From the NCBI GenBank assembly GCA_043228905.1, contig JBHGNT010000013.1, positions 15,376,001-15,440,000 on the forward strand: 64,000 nt of DNA. The letters run 5' to 3'. The position numbers and the translations under genes are program-made. This DNA is from Azolla caroliniana. Its lineage: Eukaryota > Plantae > Polypodiophyta. A model generated the notes under the pieces. That model was not told the DNA's origin, ran no database searches, and was given only the letters and a program-made list of their open reading frames with translations. Below, one piece after another: positions 11,258-24,770 of this stretch (position 1 is the stretch's first letter; every line of letters starts with the position of its first letter).

Positions 11258-14200
11258 ATGGCCGATCAGGTAGCCAAAGGAGAAGAATTCGAGAAGAAAG
11301 CAGAGAAGAAACTGAAAGGATGGGGGATCTTCGGCTCCAAGTACGACGATGCAGCCGAGCTTTATGATAAAGCTTCGAATTGCTACAAACTCGCGAAATC
11401 ATGTAAGCCTTTTTTCTGTGTTTTTCGAAATAATTATTGTAGATCTCTTACTTTTCTGTAAACGCGTGCTTGTATTTCTTAGCTATTTTCAGGAAAAATA
11501 GAAAATGAAACAAAGCGGACAACAAAATAGAAAAAAATAGTGTTTTTACTGAATACGGATAAAAGGTTGATAGTCATTTAACACAGATTAATGATCCATA
11601 TGTTGAAAGTAAAAGGATCGGTAGGACATTCTATCATTTTTTAATCTGAAAAGAACTGACATCTGATTCTAATTTCGCTTCAATTTTATCACTGTTAACA
11701 CTGAAGAACATCTTTATATAAAAAATTTGACTGTAATAAAAATAACCATTGATCAATGCTTCAAATATTGTTGTCTCAAAGTAGAATCCTTTGCTTTGAT
11801 TTATCACATTTATCTAGCTTTGGCCGTTTTGCTTCAATTTCTTCACATATATTTACAAAGGTAACCATGTGTTTTTGTTCATTTTGTCACAGTTATCTAT
11901 AGAGGTAATTAATTTTCTTAAATGCCATCACACTAGCTGTAAGGGTAGCCACATATGCTTCAATTTCAGTATTTTATCTGTAAAATTATTCACGTTTTCT
12001 TCAATTTTTCCACATAGAGAAGATCATCTGCCATCATCTGCTATTGAGTTGGAAAGGGAGATTTAGATGCCACTGTATATTTTGTTCATTGATTATATGG
12101 TTACCGATCTTTAAATCATGTTGAGATCCAAGTTTCATTTCAGGGGATAAAGCAGCAAATGCATATCTCCAACTTGCAAACTGCCATTTAAAGGTATTTC
12201 TTTTGCCATTCCTGATAATATATCTCTTAAAAAAAATTCATGCACGTCAAATTTGCATGTTTTTTCTGGCCAAGAAATTCATTTATACATACATTTAATT
12301 TCGCATTGTGTTCTTTATATGACATTGTAATGTTTCTTCTTCATTCTGTTATCTTTGGATCTCTATATGTGCATTTGCACCTGTATAAACATGTACACAC
12401 GTAAAGAAAATATAAAATGTACATTATAGGAATTTGATTTGACATCCAAATCTGTGGTTATTTCCAGCTTGAAAGCAAACATGAAGCAGCCTCTGCATTT
12501 GTTGATGCTGCAAATTGTTTCAAGAAGTTCAATGCCAAAGGTATAGTTGCATTGATCATCCTTATAATATATGTGTGAAAACAGGCTGAAGGTGGATTGT
12601 GTGTATAGAAGCGGTCACATATCTGAATCAAGCAGTCCAAATGTTCATGGACATTGGAAGGTTATCAATGGCTGCCAAGTATTACAAGGTCTGTAATTCT
12701 TCAAGTTTCAATATTATCATATGTATAATTATATAATAGTAATGGAAATATGCACTCCATGGAGATCACTTCTGTATCTATACACGAGCAGCTTTCATAT
12801 ATATAATAGCTATTTGGGAGTAACTTGTCACTCAGCAAGTTGGTTGTGAACTTCACATTAGTTAGTTGTGAAAAATTGATATATGCTAGGCTGTATTATT
12901 TATTTGCATTTTGTTGATTATGTTATTTGGGTTCAAATACACAATACATTTTCCATGTAATAGAAATAGTTCTCAAAGTGGTGGTAAAGCTTCTTGTTTA
13001 TAATGTCTAGATTGTAGGGTAGTCGATATAGAGCATGCCATTCATGTGATCAGAATTTTTAGGGTAAACGGCAGTTTGAGGAGGATGATCCCTCACAAAA
13101 GTCAGTGGTGTCATGGTTGAAAGGTCTTTCTTTATTTTCATTATAATATTGCTAAAAAGTGTCTGTCAAAATCAATATTCATTGAGATGAATTTCCCTGG
13201 TCCAAGTTACTGGAAAGGGAATCCATGGTGGTCAGGAATGGGGAAATTTCTTCATTGGATAATGATTTGACCATTTGGCTGAAACATTTGAGAAATCCCA
13301 AAGCAGCTGGCTGGCCTGCAATGTTTCAGCCAGCCGTTTCACATATATGAGACCGACAGAAACACTTTTAATACCACTTGGTGGTGAATGATTTGTGGTA
13401 AAATGTAATCTATGAAATTTCCCGAAGTAGTTTTAACTGTTATGTCAGTTAGTAGTTTATAGCTGTGTTACTAAAACAACTTAACTGCACAAACCACTAG
13501 GTATACCTCTAGAATCAACCATAAAGTGCCTTATAAGGTTGTATGCATCTTAACTAAGGGGTTTACATCGTCATTGGAACAATAGTAATTATTTCCACTT
13601 TAAATCTTTGTGACTAAAATTGTTCCCATGGCTAATTGGATTGACAGAGAACAATATAGTCATCCTATTATTTCCATAAATTTTCTTTCAACTGTATAAT
13701 TTTTTTTATCTCAATCATCAGAAATGTTTCTAAATGTCACCATACCTGTCCATCTATGTCAAGTCATCTATTGACTTTCTTTCACATTAAAATTACAGTA
13801 TTTCAATGTAGTTGTTTTTTATGTGATTCAGTGTCATTTTGATGTTCTTATCAGGAAATTGCAGAAATATATGAGAAAGAAGAAGAGATCGCAGAGTCCA
13901 TGGAGTTCTATGAGAAAGCTGCCGAACTGTACGAGGGGGAAGAAGCCACAAGTCAGGGGAATCAATGCAAGTTGAAAGTAGCTCAGTTTGCCGGTGTACT
14001 CGAACAGTATGTTATGTTATCCTGAACTTCCCAACTAATGCACAAAATCCTGTGCTTATGGGCGTGCCATCTTTTCTTTTCTGTTTATAGATATCCAAAA
14101 GCCATTGGAATATTTGAGCTGGTTGCAAACCAGTCTATTGGAAACAACCTTTTAAGATATGGCGTTAAAGGGCACCTACTTAATGCAGGTCTCTGTCATT

Positions 14201-16194
14201 TGTGTGGGTGTGACAGTGTAGCTATATCAAATGCTCTTGAAAAGTATCAGGTGTGTTTTCTATTGTCCTCTGCTGGGCAGTGGGGATGTATAAAGGCTTG
14301 CTTTCAAACTGTGATTTGTTCTTTTTCTTGGATGGATTTGATAAATTTTTAATACTTCAGGAACTGGATCCATCTTTCTCAGGCAGTCGAGAATGCAAAC
14401 TTTTATCGGTAACATTTAAACACATTGTTAATAAGAAAACGGGAAACATTTTGGTATTAATCCTGCATGTTATCATTCAGGACTTGGCAGTGGCTATTGA
14501 GGAAGAGGATACAGTGAAGTTTACTGATGCTGTCAAGGAGTTTGATAGTATGACTCGTTTGGTATGTATTTTCTTATTTGGAAATAAGTAGACATTTAAA
14601 TAGAAGGTAGCTGTTTGATAGGAATTCTAGTATAAATAGAACACCATAGCATATAATTTCTCTTGACCCCGTTTTGTTCTATTTGTGTATCTAGTCTACA
14701 TATGCTTAAAGTGAGGAGGATGTACCCCACTTTGAATCCTGATTAGGATGTACCCCTCGTCATATATCTAAGCATTTGAGTTTGGAACTGATTTTGTTGG
14801 TAACTTTGATGCGCTGAACTGGTAACTTTGACTCCATTCTCACCTGACTCTCCGTTGGAAGATGCATCTCTCTTTGAAACTTCATGCTTTGAGTCTTGGA
14901 ACTGATCTAATTGGTAATTTTGATAGTCCTAGAGAAGATATTAATGACCACCCATGTTCTAGCTTCTCCCATCATGCAACTTCTCGCACGGGAGGATTGT
15001 TCATCCAGACCATGTGGTCAATGCTAATAATGGCAGAAATGGATCATTTTATAGTTTCGACCTTGCTCCTTGGACAATACCACAATTTCAAATGTGTGTG
15101 CAATCCAAAAATGACCAGAATGAAATGGACAGAAGGATGAATGCCAAAACAATGTTAAAAACCAAGACAGTTATGACAGGTTGGAAGTCTCAACATTGCA
15201 ATGTTAGAATATGCTAAACTTTTACTAAACCAAATCAAAACCAAATAATATAACTTTTTACAGGAAAATACAGGCTTATCTAGAATTGCATTGTGAATGG
15301 GTTGACATTTTGGACTTGCAGTTTGCCACATTGCCAGTCAACATATCACTTTCAGTAACTGTCGTGCCTTTTAGACCCATGAATATCTGCTATTCTAGCT
15401 GCACCATCCAAGTAGGATTTGAAGACAGAATAAAGTTACATCAAGTTGTTTACATACAATGTTAGGATATCTGAGTTTCATTGATACAAAAAGGAATTGT
15501 TTCTGTTTTTGGAATTTGACATCTATTTGACATTGAAAGCTGCTATATTGGATGTAATGGACGGGCACACTATATCAAAAAGTCCTTGTAATGCTTAGCT
15601 TTTGACTTTTCCATTTTAGTATTTTCTTTAATCCTGTAATTTGTTTCCTTAATGCTGGTTTTTTATCACGTTAGCTACATACAAGTGGAATTTGCAACTT
15701 ACGTCCAGAGTTTATCCAACAAATCCCCCTTGAACTTGCATCATATAAAACATAGCCTGTATTACATATGAAACCATTTATAGATGCAGCTGATTACTTT
15801 AATGTAGACCCAAATATGGATGTGGACTTCTTTATAGAGGGGAAGTTTTCAAACTTGCCTAGACAAAACTGAAGTATACTTCATATTTTGCCTGATAAGT
15901 ATGCTAATGAAGTTTCTTATTTGTTGTATTTAAACTGAATCTATTTTTCAACTCTTTGTCTGTAGCTATTGAATCGCCAGCAAAACTCAGTAATGCATTT
16001 AAAAATTTCCATCACTAGCTGAATGGATATAATGCATTCTAACTATAAATAGTGTTTGGTAAGATGCCATTTTGGCCTCTTCAAAGACATTAACTTGTCT
16101 TTCTTCCTTTCTGCAGGATCAGTGGAAAACTACTCTTCTACTCCGAGCAAAGAATGCTTTGAAAGCTAAGGAAATTGAAGATGACTTGACCTAA
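11258..16194 (+). CDS. ASNAP: Alpha-soluble NSF attachment protein (alpha-SNAP). Exons 11258-11402, 12144-12193, 12468-12540, 12609-12688, 13855-14006, 14091-14250, 14361-14408, 14481-14561, 16117-16194
   Basis: Spliced translation [49 protein letters not shown]...[17 protein letters not shown]...[13 protein letters not shown]...[13 protein letters not shown]...[34 protein letters not shown]. All introns are GT-AG and in phase. Confidence 0.96.
14600..14960 (-). mobile_element. Possible highly decayed Ty1/copia integrase remnant in alpha-SNAP intron 8
   Basis: The minus strand gives KLKCL...G (cf. IKCLRSDNGGE) and EQNGV.R (cf. PQQNGVAER) fragments. Short internal duplications are also present. 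Confidence 0.35.
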
Positions 16195-17539
16195 GAAAGG
16201 CTTGAGGGTGTTAAATGCTTAGAAGAGTCCTTTCACCTCTCCATTTTATTACCTAGGGAGAGGACTCCTTACTCTGTGAAAGTTGTATTGTTTCAAGGCT
16301 TCTTGTTTTGGTGTGATTTCTGCTCATCAATCTCTAGACCAAAGAGCGAGGACAGAGCTGTCATATTCTTTTCTAATGGTTCGGTATATATACATTAAAT
16401 CAATATGATGTAGTTTTCATGTACATGATTATAACATCCAGACTGGCAGGTCTGAAGCTATTAGCTGTAACAAAAGCCATACTTGTTTTCTCACAGAAAT
16501 GGTCACTATCACTGTTTCCATCTTCATGCTTTCATTCACTTCATATTTCATCCTCACTATAAGTTCTTTGATTTAACTAGGTGTAGGATGCATAAATTTA
16601 ATTGTTGTCAATTACGCTGATTGCAAAGGTGTCATTTGGATGTGCATGGCATAGGAGTCATTAATGTTTTTCTCAGTGAGGGTTATACATCATACTCCAT
16701 GTTGACTGTTTGTGCATGAATTTGGTGTCTCATCTCACTTCTTTTTAAAGAAAATTATTAAACAATTGGTGGAAGAACAATTTGAGAATTTTGGATTTTC
16801 ACAATGTTCTATTGCAAAGCTAGTTTGTTTGAAGGATATTTTTTCCAATGAGGATTACGTCATATTCATGTTTGCTGTACATATTATAATTTAAGGAAAG
16901 ATGTCTTATTAGAAAAAGCATTAAATAGAGCATATCAGGGAAAGCAAATTGAGGGGTTTTTGTTTCTAAAATGTACGATTTTGATCTATGGAGCTCTGTT
17001 TTCACTTGCCTGATGGGGAAAGAGACAGGTCATTCCTGATTTGCTAAATGGTCAGCATTTATCATACCTAGTTGTCCAACTCTCGTTGTGGATCTTAACA
17101 ATATGATGTTTCTTTGTGTTCACTAGGCATATTCAAGTTCACATTTAGGTTATGCCATACTGTTAGATTCACTTGCACAGCCTTTTGTTTTACTTGTTAT
17201 ACTAGGTAGTTTAGGGAACTGCATATTTAATGAAGAAAGCGCCAAGCTCTTTACTCCTTAAAAATCTTCTTATATTTGGGACATTGTGATGTGAAACCAA
17301 AAATATTTGTCCTTGATGATAAAAGGTAGCATGGCTTGTACATTTGTCCTGTTTCAACTGCACAACTTTTAATGGTTAGCTAGAAGTCATTGGTAGTTTT
17401 TTCCACCATCAAGAAGTCTGTGATATTACTATTGTTGTAAGGCATTGATACACAAATCTCAAAGTATTCATGTCTGTCAAGCTAAAAAAATTCTCCATCT
17501 TTGTGCATTTGGATGTCTCTCTTGCTACAATTTCTAGCC

Positions 17540-18060
17540 AAAGAGTTTGTGGAGGTTGATATTGGGAGAGAGTATTTGTGAAAGAGGGATGGGGAAGAAA
17601 GAATTTTGTAGGAAAGGAGTTTCTATGAGGATGTTTTCAACGAGTTTGTGGAGGCAAACATTGGGAGAGAGTATTTGTGAAGAGGGGAATTTGGTAGGGA
17701 AGGAGTTTTTGTAACCAAGGGGCAATAGTAGGGGGTGAATGTTTTCAAAGGAACTGAAACCTGAAGGGAAAGAGGGGAAGAGGGGGGGGGGGGGGGGGGG
17801 AGAGAGAGGAGTTCCGTTTTCTTGATGTCACAGAGTATGGTTGGTGGTGCTCAATCCAGTTCTAGTTTCAATCACGGGAAGCAAGTGTGATTAGAAGGGG
17901 AAGTGAGAATGTCGACTCGGGCAATCCAATGTCGTGAGAATGTAACGGTTGGTCAAGCAAGCGGATTGCTAAATTTCTTTCGGCCGGTTGGGCGGGCAAG
18001 TGGATTGGTAAATTGTGTTTCGGTCAGGCGGGAGGACAAGTGGGTTGGTAAATTGTGTTT
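17540..18060. repeat. Imperfect tandem duplications (~100-bp x2 at 17540-17710; ~39-bp x3 at 17945-18060) and a poly-G tract
   Basis: GAGTTTGTGGAGG...TTGGGAGAGAGTATTTGTGAA occurs twice. (G/A)CAAG(C/T)GG(A/G)TTG(C/G)TAAATT occurs three times. Confidence 0.7.
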
Positions 18061-18100
18061 ATGTGGCATTCATTGTGTGTGTATGTGTATGTGTGAGGTT

Positions 18101-21100
18101 CATGTCTAATTGCTACCAAATAATAAAGAGAGATGGCAAGGGAATCGTGGCCACGGATGGTGTAGGACACTTGGCCGAGGCGCGATCCGCACCTTGTGAT
18201 GTGGATAAAAAAAGCGGGCCAGTGAAAAAGTTGTCACCAGAAACCGACCTGACATAAAGAAATATAACTAACAAGTTCTAATAGACTAACCTTGGACTTG
18301 TAATATGCCTCTTTGTGCATGCTCATTCATGCAACATGCCTTACACACCCAACATCAAATAGGTCATCTTTGCAACAATTTATGACATTTGGGTGTGTCG
18401 GCAAATGGTACACATCCGGTCTACTACCTAGTACATGACCACTATGAGGTCCATATATGTATTGAATGTGATCAAATGTTTGTTGTGCATGATCTATGTC
18501 ATACATTTTTTCATACTTGTGATCAAATGTTTGTTGTGCATAATATATGTCATACTAAGTTTTGATCAAATGGTTGTTATGCATGATCTAGATCATACCA
18601 TTTTTCATACATTTCACACTACTAAAGTCAAATCCACCCATATTACAAATACATGAGATTTTATCAGCCACAATCCAACCAATCTTTCAGGATGTGTACT
18701 TACATACTGATACAACTCATATCTAGCTGCAGCGTGGGTCTTCAACTTCTCCATCCATTCTTCGTGCATCGAGTCATATATGGCCATCTTGCCCGCAATG
18801 AACCACGCCACAAATTTTGACTTCGTGCACCTTCAGAGTTCTAGTGGAGTCCATTGGAAGCGTGTGACCACCTATATCGTAAGCCTCCTCATGAATTCTT
18901 GCCGATTTCTGATGTATTTGACCTCACGATGTCGCGGAATTCCGCGGGTACGTGTAGGATCTTAGGCGGGACCACGGGTGTCTTAGACTAGGTTGTAGAG
19001 GGGGAATGGGAGCTTAACTGTCGACCTTTGAGGTCAAGATGAAAGGAGAAAGAATAAGAGGTTAGCATGGTAGAGAAAATAGAGACAAGATACATCAACA
19101 AACTATATTAAGAACCCACTATATGATTACAACCATGGCCGCATAGGCCAAATCAAAACCCTAGAAGAAACCCTAACCGGATAGGTAAAAAAGAAGAAGA
19201 AGAATGAATGAAACCCTAAAACGAGATCCTAAAACCCCAAACCCCAAACCCTAAAACAAAATAGGGATCATTAAAACCCTAATGGTCTTACCCCGAAACA
19301 ACAAAATGGTGACTCCCCAAAGAAAACCCCAAAAGTGGAAGCCCCTCCTCACTCAAAATAGGCAACCCCTTCAAAAGAGACCCCTCACTCCCTTTTATAG
19401 TAGTAAGGGGTGAGGCACATTACAAAAGGAGAGGTAAAATCCCCTTCTTTCAATGGGGAATATTTTTCCTTGATCTTAAATAGGTGGGCCTTTAACTCTC
19501 TCTCCTCTCACATTCACACTCAATGCCCACTACTCCCTACACCCATTCTTCATGTACTTTCCTCTAGTCTACAAAGTGCACATCACATTTACACCCCACA
19601 CTTTACTTTTCCTTCTTACATTTGTTTATTTACTCATATGTTACAATTTTCCTAAGTATATGTGCAATGTTGCACATCTCGTTTTATTCGTTCCGCTCGG
19701 GTTTTCTCACATGGCCGAAAATCCTCACGACAACGGTCCCTAAACCGCTTTATTGACCACAGACGCTCATAGTTGCTAAACCATGTCACATCACTTCACT
19801 TAACTTCCCCAAAGTTTCCTACTCGTTGTCCTCTGTTTGAAAGCCTCTTGGAAGCGCTACATCAATGCCATGAACCTTCCACAAGTGTGCCTCCATCTGT
19901 TATTTCTTCCTAAACCATTGTTCTTGTCATCGGCATGCATCATGCACTATACATGATCGAGGTTTGATGCCCGTTGAATCTCGCCCACACTTAAAGAGCG
20001 AGAGTGGGTGAAGTACATCTTATAGGACCAATGCATTAGAATCATTATATGATGGTATATAAACAACTACTAAACTAGGAATATGGCTCACCTTTAGGAA
20101 GAGCATCTTCCTCTATTGGGGTCTGTTCCGGTATAGGGTCCAGTATTGTCGTGCCCATGTTGTTTTGAGCCTCCATCTTCGTGGTTGTTTCCTTAAATGT
20201 ATGAGTCACCCCTTCTAACAAAAACCTTGCATTCAAAACAAAGGTTAGCACACATGTAGAATTGTTATTCAAAAGAAAGTATTCAAAAGTGACATACCTC
20301 CCTTAAGAGTGATATGCATCACCCCAGTCAACATCTTTTGTTTCAAAGTGTTTGGACTTCGTAACCATCTTTGAAAAGCAATATATAACCAAATATGTAA
20401 ACCCTAAACCAATTTTAACAATCCATATTAACATTATTAAGAAACTACAAATCATGAAAACACAAAACCCGGAGACATATACAAATCTTTACATGACCTT
20501 GATTCATTTTAACATTGTGATCCCATTTTTTTTATTCCAAAAACCCTAAACCCATTTTTACAATCCATATTAACATTATTAAGAAACTACAATCCCATTC
20601 TTCGATTCTGAATACACAAAACCCCGAGTCATATACAATATGTACAAAACCCTTATTCATTTTAGCATTATGGTCCCATTTTTCGGAAAACCCTAAACCC
20701 TTATTCAAAAACACACTTTTACAAATAGAAAAAACCAATAGGTTACAATAAAATACATACCTGAATGATTTGCAGGTGGTGTTGTTGATCGTAATGTAGG
20801 TGGTGAATTTGAATGTAATGTCAAAAAATCTCTGATTTGGAAATTCCTCCAAATAGCTCAACCTTCGATTTGAAAAATGTCAAAAAATCGACAAGCACTT
20901 GCTTTTACACCCTAAACCCTTCTACGTCAGGTGTCTTATTTGAGAAGGGTGTCTAACAATGATGAGCAAGGTGTATGACAATTATGAGCAGAGTATCTGA
21001 CAATTATGAGCAAGGTGTCTAACAATTATGAGCATGGTGTCTGGATACTAATAGTAACGGGTCGGGTCTCTAGTGTGCATTTTCACTAGCGTGCTTTTCT

Positions 21101-21215
21101 TTTATCCACATCGGACGGTACAGATCGCATGTGCCCTCAGCCAAGCGACCTACACTGTCCGTGGCCATGATTCCCTCGCCAACCCTCTTTATTATTTGGT
21201 AGCAAGTAGACACAT
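18101..21215. mobile_element. Putative DNA transposon derivative bounded by ~150-bp imperfect inverted repeats (MULE-like TIRs, or two convergent Helitron-like ends)
   Basis: 18101-18250 (TGTCTAATTGCTACCAAATAATAAAGAG...GGGAATCGTGGCCACGGA...GATGTGGATAAA...) aligns with the reverse complement of 21060-21215. The interior has many AAACCCTAAA motifs, an internal duplication (20400-20530 vs 20540-20700) and a 22-bp tandem repeat at 20950-21040. Confidence 0.6.
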
Positions 21216-21220
21216 CGGTG

Positions 21221-21390
21221 TATACGTGTGTATGTATATATGTATGTATGTATGATATGTATGTATATATGTATGTATGTATGATATGTATGTATATATG
21301 TATGTATGTATTTATATATGTATGTATGTATGATATGTATGTATTTATATATGTATGTATGTATGATATGTATATATATATGTATGCATG
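21221..21390. repeat. Compound (TATG)n/(TA)n microsatellite
   Basis: Direct reading of the sequence. Confidence 0.9.
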
Positions 21391-21518
21391 AGACAAAGTA
21401 TGAAAGGGAGTGTCCGGACAAGTGTGAAAGGGGCCGAGGGGGTGTGAAGGGACGCCTCTTTCCGGTTACCTCCTCGTCCTCTGCTCTGTCATAAAATCCT
21501 CCCATATTACACACCACC

Positions 21519-22786
21519 ATGACGACGACAGACCAACCACAAGGTCTCTCTCTCAGATTCTCTCTCTCTCTCTCTCCCCCTTCTCTGCGTCTTTTTTGTC
21601 AATCTGCTGTGTTGGTTCATACACTCACTTCTCTATCTCTTTTTTGGCAGGCCCTTGCAAACAGAGCAGAGCCCTGAAGACAGTAAAGGAAAGGCAAACT
21701 ATAGATTGTCATCTTATGTTGGGTGGAAGGGCTGTTGCTATGAGGAGAAATGAGGTGAAAGCCACGAACATGTTTCAATCTAGCCATGGACATAAGCAAC
21801 ATGAGAAGAAATATGTTCATAAAAAGCATCATTATAGTAATAGTAGTAGTTGTACCAAGGGATTGCAAACTTATGCAACCATAATGCAACCATCCGATAA
21901 TGACCGGAGTACAAGAAAACGGCGTCGCGAATATAAGATTAGTAGTAGGCAGCGAAATACAGACCTGATTAGCAATACTAGTTGTCTTGAATATAAGATT
22001 AGTAGTAGGCAGCGAAATACAGACTTGATTAGCAATACCAGTTGCTATCTGGATCGACAGAGGAGTCGAAAAGATGACAAGTGTCGGATGACATCCGTAT
22101 GGGCCCTTCGTGGATCAGGTGGTTGTGTCGCAAAAACACCGAATGTGAATGTCCAAAAGAACCGCACGAGAAAATCGAAAGGAAACAAAGGCAAACACAA
22201 GGGCCGTGGCATGATTGACAATGCCCTCGATGATTGGGTTCTCCATGCTCGCCATCCGCCTCACCGAACATATCACATCAATATAACACAATCGCTTCCA
22301 AGACCGAAGAAGACTCTGATTGAATGCAGCTATGATTCAATGTATCGAAATGATGAAGATTATGATGAGATTAAGTATGCCAATGAGATGGAGAGCTATG
22401 TCCACTGCGGTGATGACCAAGAATACAGAGATCCTCCTACACTTGCTGCCAAATTATCTTGCATTCCAATTTTACCAAGCCGTATTATTGCACAATGCCC
22501 ATCCCCTTCTCCTAGTAATCAAGGTGTTGTACCTTGTACAAATACACAAGATTATGAGGTCATTGCACCACCATTGTCACCACTTCATGGTTCATTGATA
22601 GTTATTGCAGCTTGTGATGATTTTGAGAATGATGATGTACGCCTAGAAGCTATGGGGGATCTTATCGTCGATGGTAAGGGTGAGTGGTTGGATGTGGGAG
22701 AACATTTAATAGCGCTTGATAAGTCAACCAAGGATACTAATCATTCGGATATTGAGGATGGTGATGGTTGGCTCCTGGTGTCCTAG
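21519..22786 (+). CDS. Uncharacterised, probably disordered 386-aa protein. Exons 21519-21543 and 21651-22786
   Basis: 1.19-kb stop-free ORF in AT-rich DNA. ATG 21519 (MTTTDQPQ), GT at 21544, a CT-rich intron and TTTTTGGCAG at 21650 splice in frame to GPCKQSR... A TATA-like CATAAAA lies near 21490. No family recognised. Confidence 0.7.
21929..22047 (+). repeat. In-frame 60-bp tandem duplication inside the orphan CDS
   Basis: EYKISSRQRNTDLISNTSC is encoded twice, with units starting at 21929 and 21989. Confidence 0.95.
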
Positions 22787-24770
22787 CCTGAAGAAAATCA
22801 ATGCTCTTTAACATGTAAGTAGCCCTGTCAAATATATATTCTATCATGAAGTAACAAAGATTTGTCATCATGAATGTATATTTAGTTCTATTCTAGTGCA
22901 TCCACATGAGCTAAATTTAGGTAAAGAGTAGGATGATGACATCCTTCAAAGGAATCAAATTATGGCTTGAGTAAATCAGCCTTGAGTATTTATATGATTT
23001 GTAAATTTTAGTGTAATTAAGGTGCGAATACATTGTATTATTGAAATGAATCATTGTGTTTTCCACTCTATTTTGTGCTGAAAATCATGTTCGAAAGCAA
23101 TGCTTCAGTGTTGTGGTGAAATCTGAAACAAGACTTACGTTAATTGTGAATGGTTAAAAAGGTATACGAGGAAGAAAACCATATGTTTGGCATTTATAGA
23201 ACATACGCAAATAAATTATTGTACTTTTGAACATATATATGTGGACTTCTATAATACACTTAAATCCTTTTATTTCTTTGTTTCTCATTATTAGCAGTTT
23301 ATTATTGCATTTTGAATCATTGTCTCGATATGTCGTAGATAAAACAAGCCAAAAACACTGTGGAGACCCAACATCAATTACCTTCAAGCTTTGATGGAAG
23401 AATAATGCAACCATGATTCATTTCTAAATCTACCTTCTGATATTCCTCCCTACTAAATCACAATTATGGCTACCATTATGTGACAATTTACTAGGATCTC
23501 AAATGTACAGATAACATTCACAAATCTCCCTAATTTCCAGTATGAAAATACCCGACATTGATGTGCATAACAAAATGTTTATGGAGCAAAAATTCAATGT
23601 TCAACACATTTAGTAGTAATTACAAGACATCTGGAAAGAGTGGTGCCATTGGGTGGTATGGTTATTTTGGTCTCAATGATTTCTATGTTCTTTTTGTAAC
23701 GATTGTCTTATGTTGTGGACGTTAATATGTTACCATCAGCTCTATTGTAGCACTCCTGTAACGCTGTTTTGGGGGGGGCATAGGTGATGTTTCCAGGAGG
23801 CTTTATAGGACGTTAAACATCATCATCTCTACCTCTCTGCAACATAATCATTACGTGTACACATTTAAAATTTGTAATTATAATTTCTAACAGACAATAT
23901 AAAGTCGGCACTGTCACACTTTGCATATTTATTTGTCACATTCTATTCATCGAATAAATATCACATCTCAAAAGAGTACTCCAAGTAAAAGTTTAACTTT
24001 ACCATTTTTCTTCCTGAAGTTTCTTCATTAGCGATGACAATAATATTTCGCATTGGCTTCATTATTGGATCATTCAATAGGTGATCAAATACTATAAGCA
24101 TGTAATGATTGTAAACATCATGAAAATAAGAAAGTCACGAACATTTTTAAAGATTGAAAGACACCAATTGCTTGGCCAATGACGTGTATCAAAACAATAT
24201 TTATTGTTATTGCAATTGTATGAAATTGAAGCATGAACGGATCTCACAAAGATGTCATGGATAAATATTGCAGCCTCAATGCAAGAAGTAAACTTTCATG
24301 ACTTTCAAGAGGTTACATTATCACATGTCAATTACCTATCTTGCACTCTCCAAGTTGTGAGCCAGACGAGTTGGTCATTTATTCAACGTTTCTTGTATGA
24401 TTTCAGCAAACAAAACACTAAGGTGGTTGTAAACGCCCATTCTATCAAACTCAAAACTATACATTTTCTTGTATATAATCCACTATTAGAACACCAAACC
24501 AAATGCCCTCTCATACAGAGATCAAATTTTGGATGAACCATTGATTCATGTTCTTTCCACCGCAAAAAACGTAAAAGCAAAAATATCCCCTCCAGATGAA
24601 GATATATTACAAAAGTTAAAATTAACAAACAGGCATGAAGCCATGTAGAAAACTAAAAGCAAGACCATTCCCAAAGAGAGAAACATATACTACAATAACA
24701 TCAAATTTACGATCACAACAAGCTTTTTTCTGTGTGTAGGAAAATCATTTGTAGTGGCAAAGAAATACTG

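Noticed and set aside
21070-21520. Several 60-127-aa ORFs rich in Y/I/H/T or M/Y/V/C
   Set aside because: Artefacts of the (TATG)n microsatellite. The same applies to ORFs near 36900-37340 and 49670-50090.
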